IMG/VR virus record: IMGVR_UViG_3300014208_000001
Coordinates: 293,318 to 355,825 of that record
Direction: 5' to 3' (one strand)
From: a virus
Lineage: Duplodnaviria; Heunggongvirae; Uroviricota; Caudoviricetes
DNA: 62,508 nt
Shown here: piece by piece, positions 30,122-40,665 of the stretch
Layout: each line of letters opens with the position of its first letter
Numbering within the stretch: position 1 is the first letter of the stretch
Made by a program: the position numbers and the translations under genes
The notes under the pieces: generated by a model
What the model saw: only the letters and a program-made list of their open reading frames with translations
Databases searched by the model: none
Told to the model about the DNA's origin: nothing

Positions 30122-31117
30122 TTATAAACCATGTGATTTTATGAATTCTATATATCCATCCAAATCGTCTTTGAACCAGAAATTTTTACCTTCTTTCCTG
30201 ATCGGAGCACTACTCACAGCTTCACTGTTTATGGCTTCAAACCATTTGATGTCTTTCTTACACCAGTTAGTATTACAAGCATTCGATAGGCCACTTGAAA
30301 CACTAAAAAACGCATCGCATTTATTGAATAAATGAGCACATTCTCTTACACTAAGTGATCCAACAAAATATACATGACCTGGAGAGAAATCATTAATCGT
30401 ATTGACATTTTCGTCGCTAGCTCTACTAATATAAATATTAGTATTACCATCAAGAAGATATTTACATATTTTGAAAAGCCAAGCTTCGGTGAAATATGAT
30501 TGTCCACTTTCATGCCCAGCTTCAATGAGAATATTTCGACAATTCTTCGGCACTACATTCCAAAAGTCATCGACTTTGTGTGTTTCGCCATCATTCAATC
30601 GTAAAATTGTCTCTAATGGCCAATTATAATCTATATCATCATGTTCTAATGTCCTAATCCACGCACATATTAAATTAACGCCAATGTCATTATGTTTTAA
30701 ACTTGTCCATTTATCTGGATTTATCATAGGGTGTGGATTATAAATTTTAGTATAACCTCTATTTTCCAAGAGTGGAGGTATTACATGAACTAAATTCAAT
30801 GATGAATTTTTATCATATGATTGAATTTCAATAGTATTATTGATTAATGGATTTTCATGAAATGCTGATGCGTATTTAGTTGATGTGTATATATCAATTA
30901 TAGCATTTGGCCATTTGGCTTTAATTGGTTTCAGCATTAGTGTGCTATTGAAATTATCGCCAAGTGATCCTGGCTGAATTATCGCTATAGCGTGTTGATC
31001 TCCGCTATATGATTTGAAATTGTCTGTGTTAATTTTAGAACCTATATTCATTTTGATGTTGCGTTTAGCAGCTAATTTTTTGAAAACCGCTAATCTAACT
31101 GGTCGTGGTTTTGGCAT
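30122..31117 (-). CDS. GT9 (ADP-heptose:LPS heptosyltransferase)-like glycosyltransferase
   Basis: GSLGD...T.ML..IK.KWPNA.I, F.ENP.I and SSGLS motifs. Confidence 0.8.
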   Translation of the reverse strand: MPKPRPVRLAVFKKLAAKRNIKMNIGSKINTDNFKSYSGDQHAIAIIQPGSLGDNFNSTLMLKPIKAKWPNAIIDIYTSTKYASAFHENPLINNTIEIQSYDKNSSLNLVHVIPPLLENRGYTKIYNPHPMINPDKWTSLKHNDIGVNLICAWIRTLEHDDIDYNWPLETILRLNDGETHKVDDFWNVVPKNCRNILIEAGHESGQSYFTEAWLFKICKYLLDGNTNIYISRASDENVNTINDFSPGHVYFVGSLSVRECAHLFNKCDAFFSVSSGLSNACNTNWCKKDIKWFEAINSEAVSSAPIRKEGKNFWFKDDLDGYIEFIKSHGL

Positions 31118-31134
31118 GGTATTTTATGTACTAT

Positions 31135-31797
31135 TTAATTAGAAAGATCAACATCAAGTAATTTATTACCAGATTCATCAACACGACGTTCTAATGACAT
31201 TGCATTATGATAATATAACACAAGATGCTCATCGATAACGCCAAATTTTTCATTACCAGCGTGCATCGCCTCCCAAAATCTAGCATCGCCTATAACATAA
31301 TATTCGCCAAAATATCCATATTTATCATGTAATATTCTACGCCATGTTGGGCATGGTCCCATTGTTGATCCAGGATAACAAATTGGAATATCACTAATAT
31401 GAACCCAATTTGGCCATTGTTGAGGATATACATTTGACACTAAAACTTTACTACTAACCATACTAAAATCAGAATTATCTAATGTGTGCACACATTTTTC
31501 ATAATAAGTTGGTGCTATTAAATCATCAGCATTACTGTTTGAAATATACTTACATTTTGAGATTTTAATACCATCATTCCATGATTTATATAGTTTAACA
31601 TAATCATTAAAATATAATTCTGTTACATTTTTATATGATAGAAACGAAGAATAAATTGATCGTTCGCATTCTAAATTTTGACAATTTAATAATATAATAT
31701 GTAATTTATCAAATATTGTTTGTTCACGTAAATTTTCCAATTTATGTTTAATATATTTTGATGCTTTAAAAACAGATACTAATACTGTAATGTCCAT
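31135..31797 (-). CDS. glycosyltransferase family 2
   Basis: ITVLVS, WNDGIK...KYISNSNADD motifs. Confidence 0.85.
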   Translation of the reverse strand: MDITVLVSVFKASKYIKHKLENLREQTIFDKLHIILLNCQNLECERSIYSSFLSYKNVTELYFNDYVKLYKSWNDGIKISKCKYISNSNADDLIAPTYYEKCVHTLDNSDFSMVSSKVLVSNVYPQQWPNWVHISDIPICYPGSTMGPCPTWRRILHDKYGYFGEYYVIGDARFWEAMHAGNEKFGVIDEHLVLYYHNAMSLERRVDESGNKLLDVDLSN

Positions 31798-32003
31798 TAT
31801 GAAACTTTCTTTGTATATTTCTGTAAGTCAGCGATTATTAATGGCAACAATTGTTCATCAGTCCAAATATCACGCCCAGCAGCTAATCTAGCCGCATATT
31901 TTTCAATATTTTTCTCTATAGTTTCGATATCACGTTTACATGGTTCGTCTTTGGTATAATTATTCGGCAAAATATGCAACGAAAAGTCTTCATTCATGAT
32001 CAT
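31797..32003 (-). CDS. hypothetical protein
   Basis: 68 aa within the operon. Confidence 0.5.
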   Translation of the reverse strand: MIMNEDFSLHILPNNYTKDEPCKRDIETIEKNIEKYAARLAAGRDIWTDEQLLPLIIADLQKYTKKVS

Positions 32004-32004
32004 C

Positions 32005-32802
32005 TCACATTTCGTCTAATGCCTTTATTAATTCATCACGATTATGAATCCATTGTATATTAGAATGCAATTCTAATTCAGCGATTCTCTTTTCATATCG
32101 ATAATATGAATCGATCCACAAACAAATTATTTTCTTAGGCTGCCGTTCTTTTGGTAATGCCATCGACGCACAAAAAAAGCCCGATCCCACAGAAAACATA
32201 GCACCACAATGTGCCAAAGCACAAATACACGTTCGTCTCGACCACCTTAACATATCGTCAATGTATTTGGTTTTTGGGGCATTTTGATTACTTAACCAAC
32301 ATATTCTATGAGTGTCTTTAAATTTATCAACAATTAAATCAATATCATTTTGAGTAGCCCAACTTTGCCCAGATGTAAACACACTTTCAATAGCAATCGT
32401 TGGCATACCATCATCATATCTGTTTCCATCATTTATTTCATTAATAGTTGGTATAAAAATTGGTTTTTGATTGAAAGGTTTGATACCAATTTCTCTACCA
32501 GTAAGCATTGGCGTATCTATTAATGAATGAGATCCATCTAACGCTATAAACTGTTCAAATTTGATATTTTGCGTCAATTGGAATGCTGTATAACCAGCTC
32601 TAGAATAAAATGAATACCCTTCATTTAAATTGTTGATAATATCAATGTTATCAACAAATGGTATATTCATAAATGCATCAACACAGTGCGATTTAGTCGC
32701 AACATTTACTTTTTGATTATAATGTTCACTTATTGCTTTAATAAGTGGGAGATTAAAAAGGCAATCTCCAAATCCATACGCAGCTTCAACACCTATTTTC
32801 AT
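32005..32802 (-). CDS. GT9-like glycosyltransferase
   Basis: GFGDCL...P.IKAI, F.N.PFVD and SGF motifs. Confidence 0.75.
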   Translation of the reverse strand: MKIGVEAAYGFGDCLFNLPLIKAISEHYNQKVNVATKSHCVDAFMNIPFVDNIDIINNLNEGYSFYSRAGYTAFQLTQNIKFEQFIALDGSHSLIDTPMLTGREIGIKPFNQKPIFIPTINEINDGNRYDDGMPTIAIESVFTSGQSWATQNDIDLIVDKFKDTHRICWLSNQNAPKTKYIDDMLRWSRRTCICALAHCGAMFSVGSGFFCASMALPKERQPKKIICLWIDSYYRYEKRIAELELHSNIQWIHNRDELIKALDEM

Positions 32803-33536
32803 AACTCACCATTTCTATATTTCGCAGCTTTAGTATGAAATTTGGCCCATTCTTCTCCGGTTATCGCACGATGCCATAAATTACGTGATCTACCATTTGA
32901 TCCATCTCTCCATAAGTAACACGCTAAATGATCATTTAACCAATAGAATTTAGATTTACCAACATGTGAACATCGCATCCACCAATCAGCATCAGCCAAA
33001 GCACCAAAACTATCGTCAAAATAGCCGAGATTATTATGTAAACTTCTACGCCACATAGGAAAATGCCCAGCGCCAGCTCTATCAATATCTCCCGTAAATT
33101 GACCAGGCGCTCCACCATTATCAACTTCTTTTGGCGGCCACGTTTGATTTTCCCTAGCTGTCGTTAACCAACTAGGGTACACAAAATCATAATTCTGATT
33201 ACTATCTAAAAATGATGATAATATTCTATAACAATCTGGGCTCACTATATCATCGGTATTTGCATTTGTAATATAATCAGATGTTGAATTTTGTATTATA
33301 TAATTCCACGTCGCATACACATTTATCCGCGACTCTAATCTTTTATAAATGATATTTGAATATTTTTGACTATATGCTAATGGTATATCGTGATCTCTAT
33401 TATCTGGACTATCAGCATTAACGCACCATATTTCGATATCATTAAATATAGTTGATCCTATTAAATTGTTAAGTCTGTTTTCTATCCACACACCTGATTC
33501 ATACATAGATACCATTGCAACAATTTTAGCCATCAT
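32799..33536 (-). CDS. glycosyltransferase family 2
   Basis: WNY.I.....YITNANTDD; PMWR..LH...GYFD; D.DWW. Confidence 0.85.
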   Translation of the reverse strand: MMAKIVAMVSMYESGVWIENRLNNLIGSTIFNDIEIWCVNADSPDNRDHDIPLAYSQKYSNIIYKRLESRINVYATWNYIIQNSTSDYITNANTDDIVSPDCYRILSSFLDSNQNYDFVYPSWLTTARENQTWPPKEVDNGGAPGQFTGDIDRAGAGHFPMWRRSLHNNLGYFDDSFGALADADWWMRCSHVGKSKFYWLNDHLACYLWRDGSNGRSRNLWHRAITGEEWAKFHTKAAKYRNGEL

Positions 33537-34132
33537 GCATCCTTATGATGTGGTATTTTATTATTTGTTTTCGCATCATTATACATTTTTAATTGTCTGA
33601 AAAGTTGAATATAAGAAACACCATTAATCATATCATCATATAATTCATCTATGCAATTTAATAAAAATGCTATCTGTGAAGATAAAATATTTAATCTATC
33701 GTCAAATTCATTATTGATGTTTAAATCAGTAGTATGTAGAAATTTAAGAATAGTAATAGACATACGATCTATAATACTACCTATTGTTTCAGAATTTGCT
33801 TTACCAGTTCCAACTTGATTTTCAATTAAAATTAAATCTATTTTTTCAATAGTATTATTACGTAATTGATTATGCTTATCGATTAATGGTTTATATTTTA
33901 CAATCAAATCATCTTTTTTCGATCTACAATAATCTTCAGCATGCCATATCTGATAATTATGCCTACATAACTCATATAATGTATTTAAATAAATATCGTT
34001 AATTATATCCTCTTCACCTATGAATTCAATATTATTATTGTGCCACGTTTGTAACGTATTATTGACAAAACTAAATGTAGTTGATGATGTATGATGTTTT
34101 AAGATTGGATCAAAATTGAGAATTTTAATCAT
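33533..34132 (-). CDS. DUF4254-like protein
   Basis: WH.ED..R...ID..NQ.R...IE.ID...NSET.GS.IDR.SI..LK..H. Confidence 0.75.
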   Translation of the reverse strand: MIKILNFDPILKHHTSSTTFSFVNNTLQTWHNNNIEFIGEEDIINDIYLNTLYELCRHNYQIWHAEDYCRSKKDDLIVKYKPLIDKHNQLRNNTIEKIDLILIENQVGTGKANSETIGSIIDRMSITILKFLHTTDLNINNEFDDRLNILSSQIAFLLNCIDELYDDMINGVSYIQLFRQLKMYNDAKTNNKIPHHKDA

Positions 34133-34904
34133 TGGTAATGGCTTTGTAGCAAAGTGTTTGCGAGATGCGTTTGTAGAATTATGCCACGATGTTATGATAA
34201 CACACAGAAATCAAAATAACACAATAGAGTATCCAGTTTATTCATTGTATTTAGACCCGAGTGACATACACCAATTTAAAAAATTGCTTACTGTATATAC
34301 ACCATCTATTGTGATTTATGCTGCTGGATGTAAAGACTTACCAATGTGCGAATTAAATAGTCAAGATGCTACTAATATCAATGCTGTATATCCATCATTA
34401 TTATCACAGATATACCAACCATTTGTGTATATTTCAACAGATTATGTATTTGATGGCACTTCTGGTCAATATAACGAAAATTCACAAACAAATCCAACAA
34501 CGGTATATGGTCAAACCAAACGCCAAGGAGAAGTAACAACTTACGGTCATATAATACGAACTGGCGGATTATATAACAATCATCATTATCCAACATGGGT
34601 GAAATGGTTACGCTCGATGTTTAAAACCACCAGCGATACAGTAACAGCATATTCAAATGTGTACAATACACCAACTCATACATATGATTTAGCAACATCA
34701 ATATTAGAATTAATACAAGAACCACCGATGATTTATCATGTAACTGGAAAAGACAAAATTAATAGATATGATTTACTTACATTATATGCACGCCATAATG
34801 GTTTTGATTATAATCGTATAATACACTCAGAAAGTGACCACAAAGACCTGTCACTAACATCAATAAAATACCCATTACAAAGAGGAGTACTAGAATTCAT
34901 ATAA
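34116..34904 (+). CDS. dTDP-4-dehydrorhamnose reductase (RmlD)-like SDR
   Basis: ILIIGNGFV, ISTDYVFDG and YGQTK (YxxxK) motifs. Confidence 0.85.
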   Translation: MRILIIGNGFVAKCLRDAFVELCHDVMITHRNQNNTIEYPVYSLYLDPSDIHQFKKLLTVYTPSIVIYAAGCKDLPMCELNSQDATNINAVYPSLLSQIYQPFVYISTDYVFDGTSGQYNENSQTNPTTVYGQTKRQGEVTTYGHIIRTGGLYNNHHYPTWVKWLRSMFKTTSDTVTAYSNVYNTPTHTYDLATSILELIQEPPMIYHVTGKDKINRYDLLTLYARHNGFDYNRIIHSESDHKDLSLTSIKYPLQRGVLEFI

Positions 34905-34969
34905 TATTAAAAACAACAAATTTCAACACAATAGACATTTCATCACCGGGCAACGTACAAGGCGATGAA

Positions 34970-35836
34970 ATGATAGCTAGAGCATGGTATAAATATTTAT
35001 CATATGATGAACATGTAGCTCACATACAATATTTTAATTTACAACATATTAAGAGAGAGTCAGACAATAAAATAGTAATACATTTCCATCCAGAATTAGA
35101 AATAGACAAAGATGCAATTAATATATTATACTTTCAAAACGCATATCCAGATCCTCCATATCAAGGCGGGTCATTAGGACAATTTAACAAATTATACAAT
35201 ACTGACCGTTATGATGCATTCATCTTTCCGAGTGATACACTAGCTTCAGCATGTATGGAAGATAAAATAGATCCATTTGTCGCTATACCATTTGCTACAG
35301 ATCCAGAAATATTTTATCCTATGGAAAGTGACCCGCAATATCAACACCAAGTAGTTATGGTCGGTAATAATATACGAGGAGAAGTTATAAATGAACAATA
35401 TATCGCTCCGGCACTGCAACATCTAACATTATTTGGTAATCCAGCTGGTTGGCCATCAAAATATCTAACGAAGCATAAAGGAAAATTACCACATGATGAT
35501 GAATCAGTATTATATTGTTCATCGTCTATTTGTTTAAATGCACACATTTCAGAACATATTAAATATGATGTTATAAATTTTAGAATATATAATATTTTAG
35601 CATGTGGCGGATTTGTAATAACAGATTCGACCACAACATTAGAAACCGAATTTAAAGATTCAGTATTTATAACACCAGGTTATGATAAATTAATAGATGC
35701 GATAACTCATTTTATATGCAATCCGCACGATACTATTAAATACCGACAAAATGGCCTAGAATTAGTCAAAAAGTCACATACTTTTAAACATCGTATTGAA
35801 AAGTTGACAAACTTTTTATCAGGAATTTGCCAGTGA
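34970..35836 (+). CDS. CgeB-like (GT-B) glycosyltransferase
   Basis: PFATDPEIFYP, LNAH, NFRIY.ILACGGFVITD and HTF.HR motifs; true start probably further upstream. Confidence 0.82.
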   Translation: MIARAWYKYLSYDEHVAHIQYFNLQHIKRESDNKIVIHFHPELEIDKDAINILYFQNAYPDPPYQGGSLGQFNKLYNTDRYDAFIFPSDTLASACMEDKIDPFVAIPFATDPEIFYPMESDPQYQHQVVMVGNNIRGEVINEQYIAPALQHLTLFGNPAGWPSKYLTKHKGKLPHDDESVLYCSSSICLNAHISEHIKYDVINFRIYNILACGGFVITDSTTTLETEFKDSVFITPGYDKLIDAITHFICNPHDTIKYRQNGLELVKKSHTFKHRIEKLTNFLSGICQ

Positions 35837-36075
35837 AAAAACAATTATATATTCAATGTATACTAAGCAAAAGAAATATGATCAGAACATCGTTCATACC
35901 AGAAAAATATGCACAGATAGGTAAAATACTCAAATTACGAAATGATGATGTATGGAATGATGGATGGAGAGTTGATTCGACTGGAGCAAGCGAATTAATA
36001 GGCGAATTAAATATTAACAAAAGTATAAAAGAACATAGAAAGCGTACTGGTGATTCCCTAACAAAAGAACAATAA
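35827..36075 (+). CDS. hypothetical protein
   Basis: 82 aa; IPEKYA.IGK.LKL...GW.V. Confidence 0.55.
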   Translation: MPVKKQLYIQCILSKRNMIRTSFIPEKYAQIGKILKLRNDDVWNDGWRVDSTGASELIGELNINKSIKEHRKRTGDSLTKEQ

Positions 36076-36078
36076 CAT

Positions 36079-36525
36079 ATGCAAAAATCTTTAGTGCACC
36101 GTTCATGTTATATTATTCTATTTATATTAACTATATTAAGTATTGTATCAATAATAAACTTATTACACCATGAAAGCTCTACTACATATATTGATCATCA
36201 TGATGATCAAATAACATCACAAAGTGTAAAAAGATCATCGAAATGGACAACAATACGTACTAATTATTTAAGAGCACATCCAGTATGCGAAGCATGCGGA
36301 TCAACAATAGATTTAAATATTCATCACGTAATACCATTTCATATTGATCCATCAAAAGAATTAGACCCAACCAATCTAATAACACTGTGTAGACAACATC
36401 ACTTATCAATAGGCCATATGTGCTCTACTAATAAACCTAATTGGTCATGTGCGAACCCAAATGTTCGAAAAGATGCCGCCGCATGGCTCAAAAAACATAA
36501 AAAAGCTGATTTTACAGCCAAATAA
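36079..36525 (+). CDS. HNH endonuclease with N-terminal hydrophobic segment
   Basis: CEACG...LNIHHVIP...NLITLCRQHH. Confidence 0.8.
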   Translation: MQKSLVHRSCYIILFILTILSIVSIINLLHHESSTTYIDHHDDQITSQSVKRSSKWTTIRTNYLRAHPVCEACGSTIDLNIHHVIPFHIDPSKELDPTNLITLCRQHHLSIGHMCSTNKPNWSCANPNVRKDAAAWLKKHKKADFTAK

Positions 36526-36558
36526 TATGATGTAACAATCAATATTAAAGGGTATTAT

Positions 36559-37311
36559 ATGCGACTGTTAAAGCCAGAAGATATTCTTGATACATATGGT
36601 TGTGAATGGGTATTACAAGCAAGTAATATCGACGACGAAGATAAAGATATGATTTCATTCAGATTAAATGAAATCAAAAAACTATACATTGATATCGCCA
36701 GAGAACGAATTAGGGCAGAAGCACGGTTCGTTGGTATCGAACTTGAAGATGGATTTTCATTTTCAAAACTGCGATCAGAAATAGCAAAACGTATAGAAAA
36801 AGTAGTTACTGATAAATTGATGAATCCAGCCAAAAGAGTGAATCTAATGGCTGAAATTATTAAAGCACATCAATCGACCGGCGCAGATATGACTGGTATA
36901 AATTTACAACGATTTGGTGTAATGACTGAAGTACCAAAACCAACGGTTGATGTTGATGCCCATTGGTTTATTAAAAACGATGATGGATCGGTGCATAATA
37001 ATCCAAAATGGGCTGAAATAGCAAACGCATTCGCCAAAATCGAAGAGGCTAATTCAAATTCAGCAATCATTAGCAGTATTGATAAATTAAATCAATTGCA
37101 GCACAATAGTTTTCATATTTTGATTGATTTACAAACAGGTAGAATGCTAAACATAAATGGCGCACATCATGCAGATGCTGTTGATAGAGTTAAGAAGGTT
37201 CTAGATATTAAATTCAATGCAAAATCTCCACATGATTTTATTGGAGAAATGAGTAAAGATATTACTAATTTAATGATCAAATACAGATCAGCCACAATTC
37301 AGGTTAAATAA
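36559..37311 (+). CDS. hypothetical protein (W..IA..F...IDKL..L.H.S motif)
   Basis: motif shared with 37647-38630. Confidence 0.6.
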   Translation: MRLLKPEDILDTYGCEWVLQASNIDDEDKDMISFRLNEIKKLYIDIARERIRAEARFVGIELEDGFSFSKLRSEIAKRIEKVVTDKLMNPAKRVNLMAEIIKAHQSTGADMTGINLQRFGVMTEVPKPTVDVDAHWFIKNDDGSVHNNPKWAEIANAFAKIEEANSNSAIISSIDKLNQLQHNSFHILIDLQTGRMLNINGAHHADAVDRVKKVLDIKFNAKSPHDFIGEMSKDITNLMIKYRSATIQVK

Positions 37312-37679
37312 TGCGTTTTGCATCAGCATCAATGTATTTAACGATAGTTACATTGATTATGAGTATAATATTTGCATGCTCTCAATTGTTTTTGCCAGCA
37401 ATGGCAATGGCTCTTATGATATTTTGCCCACTTAGTTTATACGTATTTGATAAATTATATAATATACCCAAAATCCAAGATGAAATTCCAGAAATAGTAT
37501 ACACAAGCGACGCGATCAATGAATTAGATAAAACAATATCTGAAATAGAAGCATTAATAACCAATGCAGCAGAAGATATAGCAAAAAGACGAAACGAAAC
37601 CCCACATACAATTGGTATCGATGATATCATAGAAGCTAAAAATTACTTAATAATGATTTCTAATAAAATTGCCAAATAA
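37311..37679 (+). CDS. membrane protein (two N-terminal transmembrane segments)
   Basis: hydrophobic N-terminus followed by a helical region. Confidence 0.55.
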   Translation: MRFASASMYLTIVTLIMSIIFACSQLFLPAMAMALMIFCPLSLYVFDKLYNIPKIQDEIPEIVYTSDAINELDKTISEIEALITNAAEDIAKRRNETPHTIGIDDIIEAKNYLIMISNKIAK

Positions 37680-38630
37680 TCCTGTTTTAGCGACTGATAT
37701 AGTAGCTGATATTAAATCAGTTACTAATTTAAATTGCTTACTTATCGGCTTTGCAATATCGATAGTTTGATTATTATTTGTTATTATTATTGTATCATTT
37801 GATTCTTTAATGAAAATGGTGCCTGATATTTTATCACCAAGTATCATGTGTTTTTGTAATTTGTTTGTTTTACCATCCCACACTATTAATGGGGTTATGT
37901 CGCCTTTGTATAATACTGTATTAAATATCACTGACAGTATTAATGTATCATTTACTTTTTTAACATTTATACCATCATGAATTTGTCGTCTTAATGATGT
38001 GTATAACTTATCGATTTCTGATACTGGTTTATCATATTGCCCATGATATGATGACCTGCCTATTAATGATCTGACACCAGACGATGATAAATTAAATAAT
38101 TGTGATGGCGATGCGTTATCTCGTGTATTCAACGCATTTTCCAACCAATTGTATTCATCCATATAATCAATTATATGCCCGCTGTGATGAAATAAATTAT
38201 ACAATTTATCTATTGTGTAGATTTTAGTTGTTAATCCTTTAGATAATGATCTATACAATTCAATAAATTTTGATGCTAAAGAAAACCATGTATCACCAGT
38301 AAAGTTAAAACGATGATTTATCGCAATTAACTTTGGTATTAAATCACACATATCATCTAATGATAAATTATGCGTTAGTACATAATTATGTTCATGTATA
38401 TCATATTGATCCATTAATTGTTTGATTTCATTATTATGCTCATCAATTAGCCTGTCTAATAATATATTACCGAATTGATATAAATGATCAGATAATATAT
38501 GATTAACTAATGATTCTAAATGCTGCTTTACCGATGTATTTGACATATCACTTTGATACGCATATATTAATGAATATAAATCATAAAAATCAGTTTTCTT
38601 AATATCTTCATTAATTAATGACAATTTCAT
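37647..38630 (-). CDS. MKLSLINE-leader hypothetical protein
   Basis: 327 aa; IDKLYNLFHHSG motif. Confidence 0.65.
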   Translation of the reverse strand: MKLSLINEDIKKTDFYDLYSLIYAYQSDMSNTSVKQHLESLVNHILSDHLYQFGNILLDRLIDEHNNEIKQLMDQYDIHEHNYVLTHNLSLDDMCDLIPKLIAINHRFNFTGDTWFSLASKFIELYRSLSKGLTTKIYTIDKLYNLFHHSGHIIDYMDEYNWLENALNTRDNASPSQLFNLSSSGVRSLIGRSSYHGQYDKPVSEIDKLYTSLRRQIHDGINVKKVNDTLILSVIFNTVLYKGDITPLIVWDGKTNKLQKHMILGDKISGTIFIKESNDTIIITNNNQTIDIAKPISKQFKLVTDLISATISVAKTGLFGNFIRNHY

Positions 38631-38632
38631 TT

Positions 38633-40012
38633 TTATGAAGCCGGCAAATTAGTTGGTTTACCATCTTTAGAATATTGGCTAAATTTAGGAGCATAATTCT
38701 CACCAAGCCACCCAATAGTCTTAGCTAACGCGCCAGTATTATTTGGGTGTCCATCATATAAAGCATAATTCTTCAAAGATTCACCATGGCCAATAGTAAC
38801 TAATTCTTCCCACAATTCAGTACCTGGGAATGGGATACAATCACTAATTTGCCAATGTATCTTATTACCACGTTTACCGCCCATATCAGCTAATTCTTTA
38901 AGAATTGTCTGATCTCGTTGCCAACTACCATCTTTCTCACCAGGTAGATTTTTCATAGTTGTAAAATGGAATTCCATATTAGAAAACGTATTAACAATAT
39001 ATTTCAAATTATCATAAGCTTTAGAAACATCTAAATTTTTCTTAACATTATCAGATAATTGTTGATTAAATGTCTCAACACCAAACCTCATACCAACACA
39101 ACCAGAATCAACCATATACGAATATAATTCTTTACTAGACGTATCGATCCGACCCATCATAGTCCATGGTTTACCGATTTCTTTTAATCCATCGCATATT
39201 TTGCGTATTCTTGATGGCCCCAAATTCCATGTATCATCATCAAAGAAAATACTACCTAATCCATTACCAAGCAATGATGCCATTTGCTTAATTTCGTCAA
39301 TAACCATTTCAGGAGACCTAGCCCTATAATTACCATTATTTAATACATTAGGCCACTGGCAATACGTGCATTTAAATGGGCATCCTCTAGATGTCATAAC
39401 TGTTAATTGAGATCGGGCAGTTTGCATACTAGGATCATAATAATTGCCTAAATATTCAATTGGTCTATACGGTAAGAAATTTTCACCATTGGGCAATGTA
39501 TTAATATTTTCTAAATGTTCGTATTTATAAATTGGTTTGGCTTGATTTAATTTCTGACAAATATCTAATGCTGGTATGTCATATTCGCCAATTATACAAT
39601 GATCAACATGGCGAGATTTAATTATCTCATCAGCATTCACTTTCATATGTGGACCACAATAAACATTTCTACAATTTATTGTGTCCTTACACCATAATGC
39701 TAATTCATCTATAGCACCAAATGTCGGAGTCGCCACGTCATAGAATATAAGGTCCGGTCTTAGATCATAAATGAATGTACGTGTTTGATCATAATTGCTA
39801 TGCTGTAATGCGACACCATCATAAAAATAACAATCAAACCCATGCGATTTAACATATGCCATAGACCATCCTAACCAGAATGGAAATGGTGCATACCCAT
39901 GAAAACTACCACCAGGCATTGTCCATGGCCAACGAGACCCAGCATTAGGGCCAGTGTGTATTTGACCATTCACATGTTTAATGAATGGAATATTGGCAAA
40001 CAAAACTTTCAT
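38633..40012 (-). CDS. B12-binding-type radical SAM protein (HpnJ-like)
   Basis: AGSRW, GPH, GEYD, SRGCPFKCTYCQWP (CxxxCxxC), FDDD and PFPGT motifs. Confidence 0.9.
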   Translation of the reverse strand: MKVLFANIPFIKHVNGQIHTGPNAGSRWPWTMPGGSFHGYAPFPFWLGWSMAYVKSHGFDCYFYDGVALQHSNYDQTRTFIYDLRPDLIFYDVATPTFGAIDELALWCKDTINCRNVYCGPHMKVNADEIIKSRHVDHCIIGEYDIPALDICQKLNQAKPIYKYEHLENINTLPNGENFLPYRPIEYLGNYYDPSMQTARSQLTVMTSRGCPFKCTYCQWPNVLNNGNYRARSPEMVIDEIKQMASLLGNGLGSIFFDDDTWNLGPSRIRKICDGLKEIGKPWTMMGRIDTSSKELYSYMVDSGCVGMRFGVETFNQQLSDNVKKNLDVSKAYDNLKYIVNTFSNMEFHFTTMKNLPGEKDGSWQRDQTILKELADMGGKRGNKIHWQISDCIPFPGTELWEELVTIGHGESLKNYALYDGHPNNTGALAKTIGWLGENYAPKFSQYSKDGKPTNLPAS

Positions 40013-40020
40013 TGTATAAC

Positions 40021-40665
40021 CTATGTAGTAAAATCGAGTGAAATTGGCTTATTATTAGATTTTCTAACACCCCAACAGCTACTTGTATGATCACCGACCA
40101 TAACAGTTAAACCTGGGTACGTGGTATCAACCACATTTTTAATATCTGGATGGTATATATATTCATGTGTATGATATCCAGAAACATAATAATCATGACC
40201 AGCTAATACACCACCTTCTTTTACTTTAGGCCACCACATATTAATATCTCGAGCAATAGCTTCAGATGAGTGATCACCATCAATAAAAACAAAATCTAAT
40301 GAATTGTCAGCAAATAATTTAACTTCAATTTCTGATCTACCCATTATATATGTTATATAACTACACAAATCAGCTTCAACAATATGATGTGTTAAGATCG
40401 ATGCTACGTTATTGTGATATCGTTGAATATATTCTTTATGTTCAGGTGATCCTGTGCCAGAATCTATCGAATATAAATGAATATTTTTATTTGATTCTTT
40501 AATAGCCTCACCCATATAGATTGTAGATCTACCAATCCATGTACCTATTTCTAAAAATACAGCACCATCTTGACTTATATCAACCATTTTTTGATATAAT
40601 TTAACAATATCATCGGCCCAACCTTGAATTTGCTCATAATATTTTGGCATCATTCTTCTCCACAA
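40021..40665 (-). CDS. class I SAM-dependent methyltransferase (Methyltransf_24-like)
   Basis: LEIGTWIGRS, DFVFIDGDH and GGVLAGHDY motifs. Confidence 0.88.
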   Translation of the reverse strand: MWRRMMPKYYEQIQGWADDIVKLYQKMVDISQDGAVFLEIGTWIGRSTIYMGEAIKESNKNIHLYSIDSGTGSPEHKEYIQRYHNNVASILTHHIVEADLCSYITYIMGRSEIEVKLFADNSLDFVFIDGDHSSEAIARDINMWWPKVKEGGVLAGHDYYVSGYHTHEYIYHPDIKNVVDTTYPGLTVMVGDHTSSCWGVRKSNNKPISLDFTT

